DNA from: a virus | Strand: one strand, 5' to 3' | Virus record (IMG/VR): IMGVR_UViG_3300035698_029396 | Coordinates: 1-34,644 of that record | DNA: 34,644 bases | Shown here: positions 8,341-15,697 of the stretch, in pieces | Numbering within the stretch: position 1 is the stretch's first letter | How the letters are laid out: every line of letters begins with the position of its first letter | The notes under the pieces: model-generated | Databases searched by the model: none | What the model was told of the DNA's origin: nothing | Seen by the model: only the letters and a program-made list of their open reading frames with translations | Made by a program: the position numbers and the translations under genes

Positions 8341-8648
8341 TGAAAAAAAAGATGGTTAAAGTTGCTAAGGGAAAGAAAATTTCTCGAGCAAAAGAAAAAA
8401 AACTTGAAAAAAAACCAGGTGGAAGTAATACAGGAAAATATAAAAATGTTTCTCCAAGTGACTTTGCTGGAAAATCAGGTGGCTCTTCTGCATACAGTTA
8501 TCCTATAAATACACTTGCTCGAGCAAAAAGTGCTTTAAAATTAGCACACAATGCTCCAGATCCTGCTGGTATTAAACGTAAAGTATATGCTAAATACCCC
8601 AATTTAAGACCAAGTTCGGTAAAGAAAAAAACAAAAAAACGTAATTAA
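8340..8648 (+). CDS. Small, very basic hypothetical protein
   Basis: 102-aa ORF with Lys-rich termini and a conserved-looking core YSYPINTLARAKSALKLAHNAPDPAGIKRKV. Confidence 0.5.
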   Translation: MKKKMVKVAKGKKISRAKEKKLEKKPGGSNTGKYKNVSPSDFAGKSGGSSAYSYPINTLARAKSALKLAHNAPDPAGIKRKVYAKYPNLRPSSVKKKTKKRN

Positions 8649-8675
8649 ATGGTGCTTCATTTGATTATTCCTTGG

Positions 8676-8712
8676 GCTCTCTGATTAACTTCAGAGAGCT
8701 TTTCTTTATTTT
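8676..8712 (+). terminator. Rho-independent terminator
   Basis: Perfect 9-bp stem GCTCTCTGA (8676-8684) / TCAGAGAGC (8691-8699) with a 6-nt loop, followed by TTTTCTTTATTTT. Confidence 0.7.
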
Positions 8713-8817
8713 ATTTGAAAAAATAGGTAATACTAAGGTAAATCTAGAATCTCCTTTTTAGGTTTGTTACTTCACTACTGCGCTCTCAGTATAGGGGGCG
8801 CAAAAAATGAGGAAAAG

Positions 8818-9306
8818 ATGAAGCAAAAAAAAAAGAAAACCGGTGAGTATGCTTTTGAAAAGCTAAGCCAAGTTCAAGACAAAGTTGATCCAATTGAATT
8901 GCAACGTGAAATGCAATCCAAGTTTGAAGAACACGCCCAAAAAGCTATTGATGCAGGTAAAAAAAGATATAATCATCCTTTTTATCTTGTAGTGCTTTCA
9001 AAAAGAGAGCGCCATATGCCCAATGTTATTAGAGAGTTTTTCTTTACGCGCATTAGTTGTCCTACTCCTGATTACGATCAAGTAGTTTACAGAGTAGATC
9101 CTTTTTCAAATGATGTTCAATTTTTATGGGTAATACCATCACAAGAAGCAACTGAATATTTATATGATAATGCACTTGAATCCGTAAAAGACCATAGAGA
9201 ATTAGTAAATTTTGTATGTGGATTTAAAGATGGAAGCTTACTTAAAAAAGCAAAAGAGTTAAATGATGAAAAAGAAAATCAAGGATATTTAATATTAGGA
9301 GAATAG
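8818..9306 (+). CDS. Hypothetical protein
   Basis: The ORF is open from 8764. The ATG at 8818 is preceded by AGGAAAAG. No family recognised. Confidence 0.5.
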   Translation: MKQKKKKTGEYAFEKLSQVQDKVDPIELQREMQSKFEEHAQKAIDAGKKRYNHPFYLVVLSKRERHMPNVIREFFFTRISCPTPDYDQVVYRVDPFSNDVQFLWVIPSQEATEYLYDNALESVKDHRELVNFVCGFKDGSLLKKAKELNDEKENQGYLILGE

Positions 9307-9307
9307 T

Positions 9308-9967
9308 ATGGAAAATGAAGCAATCCAAAATGTAGAAAATCAACCAGAAGAAGTAACACAACAACAAGCTGTAGAGCATAAAACAACAGAGGGCAATTTT
9401 GAAGAAACATCGCATCAAAATAATGCACAACAAAATGCTGGCCATGAGCAAGTAAATTGGAAGCGGATGCGCGAAGAAAAGGAAACGCTCCAAAAAGAAC
9501 GCGAGTACTGGCGTAAGCAAGCAGAAGAAGCTTCTCAAAAACAGTTACAAGATGATGATTTGGTAGAAATGAAAGATTTGCGCAAAACAAAGTCAGAAAT
9601 ACAACGAGAACTTGTTAATTTAAAGATAGCATCAAAGTATCCTGATTTTGATTCAGTAGTTTCTCGAGCAAATTTAGAACGTTTTGCGCGAGATGAGCCA
9701 GAACTTGCCACTACATTAGATCAAACAAGTGATTTATACTCAAAAGCAGTTGCTGCATATAAAAATATAAAAAAAATGCAGTACGATGTTAATGATGCAG
9801 ATAAAAAAAGAATTCAAGAAAATAATAATAAACCAAGACCATTAAGTTCAATATCACCTCAAGAGGGAAACAGTCCGTTATCTCATGCTAATGCATTTGC
9901 TAATGGATTAACTCCTGAGCTTAAAAAACAACTGTGGAAAGAGATGAATGAGAGCAAGAAAAGATAA
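9308..9967 (+). CDS. Putative scaffolding protein
   Basis: 219 aa, acidic, rich in Gln/Glu/Lys with a coiled-coil character, directly upstream of the capsid gene. The call rests on position and composition only. Confidence 0.45.
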   Translation: MENEAIQNVENQPEEVTQQQAVEHKTTEGNFEETSHQNNAQQNAGHEQVNWKRMREEKETLQKEREYWRKQAEEASQKQLQDDDLVEMKDLRKTKSEIQRELVNLKIASKYPDFDSVVSRANLERFARDEPELATTLDQTSDLYSKAVAAYKNIKKMQYDVNDADKKRIQENNNKPRPLSSISPQEGNSPLSHANAFANGLTPELKKQLWKEMNESKKR

Positions 9968-10004
9968 CTTCTTGCTAATTATTTTTAATTTTTCATATAC
10001 TTAA

Positions 10005-10137
10005 AGTGCGAGAGCTAGTAATGAAGCCCTATCTTTCGCACTGACTGTATCTGTGCTCGTCACACTACGACTGTATCGGTTTTCGTCAAACCATGACTGT
10101 AGGCTTATTTGAAGGTCAAATAAGTTTAGCCTCGTCA
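10005..10137 (+). promoter_or_regulatory. Structured or repetitive leader upstream of the capsid gene
   Basis: 10-bp stem-loop (10005-10014 / 10033-10042), followed by three GACTGTA...TCGTCA units that start every 26 nt (10043, 10069, 10095). The third unit carries a 30-nt hairpin insert. Confidence 0.5.
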
Positions 10138-10174
10138 GCTTAAGGTTGATTAATATCACTCTTAAGGATTCTAT

Positions 10175-10486
10175 ATGAATACTACTACTACATCGCTGTT
10201 ATCAGCACCGGTGCAAGAGTCGTTTAGTTATAAGTTACTATCGGTTCCTACACCAAACTTTATTCATAAAATTCCAGCTGTCATGAAACAGATGCCTTCT
10301 AAAGGTGGTCGCGTTTTGCGTATGCGTAGATATAATGCGCTTCCTAGTTCGTTGGTGCCTTTAGGCAATAGTGGTATTATGCCACCTCCAACAGAATTAA
10401 CAGCTGTTGATATCGATGCAAAAATGGATTTTTATGGGCAATTTATAAAAATCAATGAGCAAGTTACCTTGCAAAATCAGGACCCT
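10175..10486 (+). CDS. Major capsid protein, exon 1 (HK97-fold, N4-gp56-like type)
   Basis: 104 codons ending ...VTLQNQDP. The unspliced reading frame runs into the intron and stops at 10549. Confidence 0.8.
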
Positions 10487-10764
10487 AAAATGAATGGGGT
10501 CGTTAAACTTTCTCTGATTGACTTGGAAGCCGAAGTAGCTATTAGCTAACCGGTGACAGGGCCGAAGGACTTTTAAAATGATGTTCATGAAAACGAAAAT
10601 TCTAGTTCACGGTGAACGACTAAGTGAGAAAGCGAACTTAGCAATTAAATTGCTTTGTTTGATGCGATAGTCTGAACTCCGTTCGATAAGACGGAGAGGG
10701 AGATCCGAAGAGGTTTCCCCGCCAGAAATGGTCAGTAGGCATAAGCTGAAAGTAACAGAAATTG
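10487..10764 (+). ncRNA. Group I self-splicing intron (ORF-less, 278 nt) in the major capsid gene
   Basis: P1: exon GACCCU (10481-10486) pairs with GGGGUC (10496-10501), with a U.G wobble at the splice site. P10: GAAU (10492-10495) pairs with exon-2 GUUC (10765-10768). There is an R-like element at 10605-10626 and an S-like element at 10661-10677. P7 is GACUA/UAGUC. The P8 hairpin is at 10640-10654 and the P9 hairpin at 10677-10696. The terminal G is at 10764. Confidence 0.8.
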
Positions 10765-11400
10765 GTTCTTAATGAGGCAGCGATCCGTTTAGGTGTAGCT
10801 TTGCGTCAAACTGAAGATGAACTTACTAGAAACATGCTTGCATCTACTGCATCTGTTGTAGATTGCGTTGGTGGTGTTAATGGTGATTCGCCTACAGAAA
10901 TTACACGATCCGATGTTAATGAAGTAGTAAGATCATTACTTGATAATGATGCTTATACCATCTTAGATAACATTGAAGGTGATGATAAATTTGGTACAGC
11001 ACCTGTGCGAGATGCATATTTTGCATTGTGTTCTACTAAATTGACTTGTGATTTGGATAATGTAAATGGGTTTATTCAAAAAAACCAATATCCATCTCCT
11101 ATGGATGCGCTTAGATCTGAGTGGGGTGCCATTGGTAACCTTAGATTCTTAATTTCATCTATTGGTTCAGTAAGTCCAAATGCTTCAGTAAATGGTAATG
11201 ATATCTTTAATATTTTCTGTGTTGGAATGGAAGCATATGCCTGCATTGAGCAAGATAATTATTCTGCACAGTTTATTTATCGTCCGCCTATTTATGATTC
11301 TGCATTAGCATTAAATTGCACAGTAGGGTACAAATTTGCTGAAGTGCCAAGGATTTTGAACGATTTGTGGGTCTTAAACTTGCGCTGTACGGCTGCATAA
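10765..11400 (+). CDS. Major capsid protein, exon 2
   Basis: 211 codons beginning VLNEAAIRLGVALRQTEDELTRNML. Joined to exon 1 they give a continuous 315-aa protein with the DP-VL-E...G...ED.LTR pattern typical of N4-gp56-type capsid proteins. Confidence 0.8.
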   Translation, partial: VLNEAAIRLGVALRQTEDELTRNMLASTASVVDCVGGVNGDSPTEITRSDVNEVVRSLLDNDAYTILDNIEGDDKFGTAPVRDAYFALCSTKLTCDLDNVNGFIQKNQYPSPMDALRSEWGAIGNLRFLISSIGSVSPNASVNGNDIFNIFCVGMEAYACIEQDNYSAQFIYRPPIYDSALALNCTVGYKFAEVPRILNDLWVLNLRCTAA

Positions 11401-11415
11401 AAAAGGAGAAAGACT

Positions 11416-12396
11416 ATGTCAAATGGAACAATTATCCAACAAGGAAAATTTACTTCCGATGGTGGGCAAAAAACACTCAATATTCGATCAGATTTAGACT
11501 GGATGTATGTATATAACTATTCTAATGCATCTGCACAGAATGATGATTCTGTTCAGTTTTATTGGCAGCGTGGTATGGATGCAGCAACAGGACTTCGTAC
11601 CTTTAAAAGTGGTGCAGGTAATGGTCTAAGTATGCTCAATATGGCAGCAAGTGGATTTACTCTTATTGATACATCGGCAAATCCATTAGGAAATGCAGTT
11701 GCCGTAACAGCTGTTACCAACGTAACGCAACCGGTTGTATCTACTGGAGATACTGGCCTTATGGGTGAAGGAAGTATTGTACGATTAAGCCAAGTTACAG
11801 AACTTCCTAATGTTATGGGAATTGATTTTGAAATTGGCGCTATTACTCCTGATACAGACTTTACCTTTAGTTATGTATTGGCTAATGCACCAGGTGCTGT
11901 GGGAACTGCAGGGTTGTATCGACATGTTAAGTATGATCCATTGTATTATCCACGACGTCGTTTCATTATTAATGTAACTACAGCTCCACAAGCGGTAATT
12001 ACATTTAGTGTTACGCATGGATATACCGTAGGCCAAGAAATACGTTTCCATGTCGATTCTTCAAACAATATGACTGAGCTTAATGAGTTAAGAGGAACAG
12101 TATTGGCGGTCAATACTACTCTTAATACTATTACAGTCGATATTGATTCATCTGCATTTACCCCATTTGTTTTCCAACTTCCTGGTGACAGTCCATTTAC
12201 GCCAGCTCATGCTGTGCCTTTTGGGCAAGATACATCTGTATCATTAAATGCGGGAGTAGATACACTTGCTGGAGCAACAAGAAATACTGGAATTATAGGT
12301 ATGTTGCTTGGTGCTGGAGCCGATGCCCCTGGTGGTGGAAATCTAGACCTTATGTATTGGGTTGCTGGTAAATCTGAAAACGTTAATAACGAGTAG
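11416..12396 (+). CDS. Virion structural protein with a C-terminal small beta-barrel (FCCH-like) domain; possibly head decoration
   Basis: 326 aa with a GGAGAAAG ribosome-binding site. The segment ITFSVTHGYTVGQEIRFHVDSSNNMTELNELRGTVLAVNTTLNTITVDIDSSAFTPF fits the phage H-G-L..G-D-V-x-I..V.GM.ELNG...V..V....F.L motif. Confidence 0.45.
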   Translation: MSNGTIIQQGKFTSDGGQKTLNIRSDLDWMYVYNYSNASAQNDDSVQFYWQRGMDAATGLRTFKSGAGNGLSMLNMAASGFTLIDTSANPLGNAVAVTAVTNVTQPVVSTGDTGLMGEGSIVRLSQVTELPNVMGIDFEIGAITPDTDFTFSYVLANAPGAVGTAGLYRHVKYDPLYYPRRRFIINVTTAPQAVITFSVTHGYTVGQEIRFHVDSSNNMTELNELRGTVLAVNTTLNTITVDIDSSAFTPFVFQLPGDSPFTPAHAVPFGQDTSVSLNAGVDTLAGATRNTGIIGMLLGAGADAPGGGNLDLMYWVAGKSENVNNE

Positions 12397-12401
12397 ATTA
12401 A

Positions 12402-12758
12402 ATGCCAAAAACGATTGCGGTAACAAACAATTTTTTTCTACCAAAAAGATCGCAGATTAGTAGTATCACGAATGCCTTAAAAGCAACGGTTACTACTTCT
12501 GCTGATCATAAATTAATTGATGGAGAAATAGTACGCATCTTAGTTCCGCAGTCTTATGGCATGGTTCAACTCAATAAAGTTTCAGGAACTATAAAGATAA
12601 TAGATGATGTTTCATTTTTTATTGATATAGATACAAGCGGATTCGACACCTTTGTAGTTCCTGTTAACAAAAAACAGTTTGCTCAGGTAGTACCTTTTGC
12701 TGAAATAAATAGTACTACCAAGGCAGCATTTAGAAACATACTTAGAGAAAAGAGGTAG
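12402..12758 (+). CDS. Small structural protein consisting of the same beta-barrel (FCCH-like) domain
   Basis: ATVTTSADHKLIDGEIVRILVPQSYGMVQLNKVSGTIKIIDDVSFFIDIDTSGFDTF parallels the C-terminus of the preceding gene. Confidence 0.45.
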   Translation: MPKTIAVTNNFFLPKRSQISSITNALKATVTTSADHKLIDGEIVRILVPQSYGMVQLNKVSGTIKIIDDVSFFIDIDTSGFDTFVVPVNKKQFAQVVPFAEINSTTKAAFRNILREKR

Positions 12759-12760
12759 AA

Positions 12761-13162
12761 ATGAAAGATCAAAAAGAAGTTAAAAAACCTGAAAAAGTGT
12801 CTAAAGGTAAATTGCGTTACCAACGTGATAAAGATCGTGAGAAAGTGAAAGGTATTTTTCAGTACTTTGAGCTTCCAGGTGGCATGTTAAGTTTTGTATT
12901 TAGAAAGTACAAAGAAGATCAGGTTGAGCGCTATGATTTACAAGATGGAACGGTATATAATTTACCGCTTGGGGTAGCTCGACATTTAAACACCAACGGA
13001 AAATATCCTGTTCATCGTCATCAAGTTGAAGAAGATGGTTCTTCGTCTCAATTAGTGGGTAAGCATGTCAGTAGATTTGGGTTCCGATCTTTGGAATTTA
13101 TGCCTATTGAAGATTTAGCTGCTTGTGAACCAGAACTAATTGTGTCGGATTATATGAAATAA
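12761..13162 (+). CDS. Hypothetical protein
   Basis: 133-aa ORF tightly packed in the structural operon. Confidence 0.5.
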   Translation: MKDQKEVKKPEKVSKGKLRYQRDKDREKVKGIFQYFELPGGMLSFVFRKYKEDQVERYDLQDGTVYNLPLGVARHLNTNGKYPVHRHQVEEDGSSSQLVGKHVSRFGFRSLEFMPIEDLAACEPELIVSDYMK

Positions 13163-13258
13163 ATATTTTAAAAAATCCTTTTAGGCTGCAACTCACTATT
13201 TGGGGGACTCTAAAAGGTTTTTAATATGTTGAATTGCAGCTTTTTAAAAGGAAAAAAA

Positions 13259-14059
13259 ATGCCTACAAGTCCTAAAAACTTTGTTGATTTTAAAAAAATA
13301 AAAACTGATTCTTTTCCCTGGAAAATTGCAGTTGCACTTGGAAAAGTTCCTTACGCACAGCATATATATAAGTTTGGAGAAAACCCTACTATTCCAACAG
13401 GTGGTGTTATTGAAGATATATGGACGACTGGAGGAATCGAAGAAATTGAAACCACGGCTCAACTATATCAATGTGTGTCTACAGACGTAAATGATAATGC
13501 TACTGGCAGCGGTGCACGTACCATTTATATTCAAGGGTTAGACGCTGATTATAATGTTATTAAAGAAATAGTATCATTAAATGGGACTTCAATAGTTAAT
13601 ACTGTGTCCTCTTTTTTAAGAATTTTTAGAGTATTTGTGTTGACAGCAGGAAATAGCGGAACTAATGTAGGAACAATTACTTTAACCTCATCTGTTTCTA
13701 CTAATGTACATGCAGAAATACTTCCTGGTTTGGGTCAAGCATTAAAGTCTCAGCTTACGGTGCCAGCAAACAAAGTGGGTTTAATTCTTAATTTTAATTT
13801 TGGTAGTTTAAATAATGACCAAGTCGAAGGTTTTTTATCTACTCGTCCAGAAAATGGAAATTTTAGAATCCGCGCATCTCTTAGATTTGTTGAACAAAAT
13901 GTAAATCTTCCTCTTGAAATTCCGTTACTAGTTGATGAAAAAAGTGATATAAAGCTCCAAGCTTTAAATACAGGAAATGGAAATATAAATGTAAGTGGGT
14001 CGTATGAAATTATCTTTTTAAATAAAGAGTTAGCATCCTTTACCAATCTTATATTATAA
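13259..14059 (+). CDS. Hypothetical virion structural protein
   Basis: The ORF is open from 13226. The ATG at 13259 follows AAAGGA. The gene lies in the late operon. Confidence 0.5.
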   Translation: MPTSPKNFVDFKKIKTDSFPWKIAVALGKVPYAQHIYKFGENPTIPTGGVIEDIWTTGGIEEIETTAQLYQCVSTDVNDNATGSGARTIYIQGLDADYNVIKEIVSLNGTSIVNTVSSFLRIFRVFVLTAGNSGTNVGTITLTSSVSTNVHAEILPGLGQALKSQLTVPANKVGLILNFNFGSLNNDQVEGFLSTRPENGNFRIRASLRFVEQNVNLPLEIPLLVDEKSDIKLQALNTGNGNINVSGSYEIIFLNKELASFTNLIL

Positions 14060-14074
14060 AAAAAAGGTATTGTA

Positions 14075-15055
14075 ATGGCACAGTCTACCTTAGAAGCAAT
14101 AGAAAAAAAAGTAAGAAGACTTACACGGAGTCCTAATGAAGCTCAGCTAAGCCAGGTCGAATTAAGAGAGTATATTAATACTTTTATATTATATGATTTT
14201 CCTGAACATCTTCGCTTATTTTCTTTAAAGACTACCTTTACTTTTTTTACAGGGGCATTTAAAGACGAGTATACAACAGGTGTATTTGGGTACCCAGAAT
14301 TTGCTGATTTTAAAAATGAATATATAACTATACATCCTCCTGTCTATATAGCCGGAAGAGAATGTAATTTATATCAATCAAGAGAACAATTTTTTAATAA
14401 ATGGCCATTAAATGAACAACTTATTACTATTGCAGTCGGAGACGGAGTCAATCAAAATTATTCCGGTACCTTACAAGATTTTCCTGTGTTGCAAAATAAT
14501 GTCTCTTTTACTTCTTCTAATGTTAACGGTGATCAGCTAGTTGCTCAAGATGTTCCTACTTCTAATATAGATGGCCAACTTCAATCACAAGATGGTACAG
14601 ATATAGGATTAATAGTTTATTCTACAGGTGAATTTGATTTTACTTTTGCCGATGCTCCAGCTATTGGTATAGATATACAGGCGCAAACAAGACCGTATCA
14701 ACCTTCAATTCCTTTTGATGTTTTGTATTATGATAATACTTTTACACTCAGACCAGTACCCGATAAATCTTATAGAGTTACTATGGATGCATATAAAAGG
14801 CCAACAGCATTACTTGAAAGTAATCAAATGCCTGAATTAAATCAGTGGTGGCAATATATAGCCTATGGCGCTGCAAAAAAAGTATTTGAAGATCGTATGG
14901 ATCTTGAAAGTGTACAGCTACTTATGCCAGAATATAAAGAGCAAGAAACATTAGTTGAAAGAAGAACTATAGTACAGCGCACTAATGATCGCTCTTCTAC
15001 TATTTATAGTTCCGGCATGGGAGTTACAAGCGGTTATGATTATTATAACTATTAA
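14075..15055 (+). CDS. Hypothetical virion structural protein (adaptor or tail candidate)
   Basis: 326-aa ORF in the late operon. No motif recognised. Confidence 0.45.
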   Translation: MAQSTLEAIEKKVRRLTRSPNEAQLSQVELREYINTFILYDFPEHLRLFSLKTTFTFFTGAFKDEYTTGVFGYPEFADFKNEYITIHPPVYIAGRECNLYQSREQFFNKWPLNEQLITIAVGDGVNQNYSGTLQDFPVLQNNVSFTSSNVNGDQLVAQDVPTSNIDGQLQSQDGTDIGLIVYSTGEFDFTFADAPAIGIDIQAQTRPYQPSIPFDVLYYDNTFTLRPVPDKSYRVTMDAYKRPTALLESNQMPELNQWWQYIAYGAAKKVFEDRMDLESVQLLMPEYKEQETLVERRTIVQRTNDRSSTIYSSGMGVTSGYDYYNY

Positions 15056-15063
15056 GGAAAAAG

Positions 15064-15696
15064 ATGGCGTTTAATAATAACATTCCGTTAGCCAACGATA
15101 AATTTAGAGTTTCTCAAGGACAATTGTTAGATAACTTTAGTGCATTGGATAACTCTTGGAACGTAGACCATGTTCCTTTTAATAATGGAGATAATGGAAA
15201 ACATAACCGTGTACAGTTTCCACAATTAACAAATGCTACGACACCAGTTGCTAATACATTTTTGGTAGCTTTAGGTGAAATAGCTTTATACAACACAAAT
15301 GAACCTATAACTAATACTGAACAACTTTACCTAAAGCGTAATAGTGATGCTGCTAATCTTGGTGTGCCTATTACCGCTGGCGTGTTGGGTTCTACTGGCT
15401 GGTCTTATCTACCATCAGGAGCATTGATTAAATGGGGCGTAACTGGATCTATTAATGGAAATGGCAATACGATAACTATGGGTGGTAACCCTACTTTTAC
15501 TAATGCTACATCTTTTAGAGTGTTTTTAACTTCTGCAAATACAAATGCTAACACACTTTGGGCTTATGGAGCATTTACTGGAAGTGGAAATAATACTTTT
15601 AGAGTTAATGCGCGTCAAATTGTTAATGGAGGAAATATAGTTTCTTCTCCTACTTTTACAACTAACAATTATTACTATTTTGCTATAGGACAATAA
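15064..15696 (+). CDS. Tail-associated structural protein (tail tubular A-like by position)
   Basis: 210 aa. The N-terminal pattern (LANDKFRVSQGQLLDNFSALD...DHVPF..GDNGKHNRVQF) is common in phage tail and fibre proteins. It directly precedes a ~750-aa protein, as T7 gp11 precedes gp12. Confidence 0.35.
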   Translation: MAFNNNIPLANDKFRVSQGQLLDNFSALDNSWNVDHVPFNNGDNGKHNRVQFPQLTNATTPVANTFLVALGEIALYNTNEPITNTEQLYLKRNSDAANLGVPITAGVLGSTGWSYLPSGALIKWGVTGSINGNGNTITMGGNPTFTNATSFRVFLTSANTNANTLWAYGAFTGSGNNTFRVNARQIVNGGNIVSSPTFTTNNYYYFAIGQ

Positions 15697-15697
15697 T

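Noticed and set aside
9242-9590. Two overlapping minus-strand ORFs of 98 and 103 aa.
   Set aside because: They are antisense to the scaffold-candidate gene and the end of the preceding gene. They are hydrophobic and low-complexity and have no ribosome-binding site.
10175-10549. A 124-aa ORF that could be read as a truncated capsid pseudogene followed by a separate TTG-initiated ORF (10762..11400).
   Set aside because: The two pieces join seamlessly at 10486/10765 once the intervening 278 nt is removed. That segment has P1, P10, P7, P8, P9 and a terminal G of a group I intron. An interrupted but functional gene is the better explanation.
13163-13225. A possible terminator, CCTTTTAG...CTAAAAGG followed by TTTTT.
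   Set aside because: The 8-bp stem encloses a ~25-nt loop and sits inside a tightly coupled late operon. It is too weak to call.
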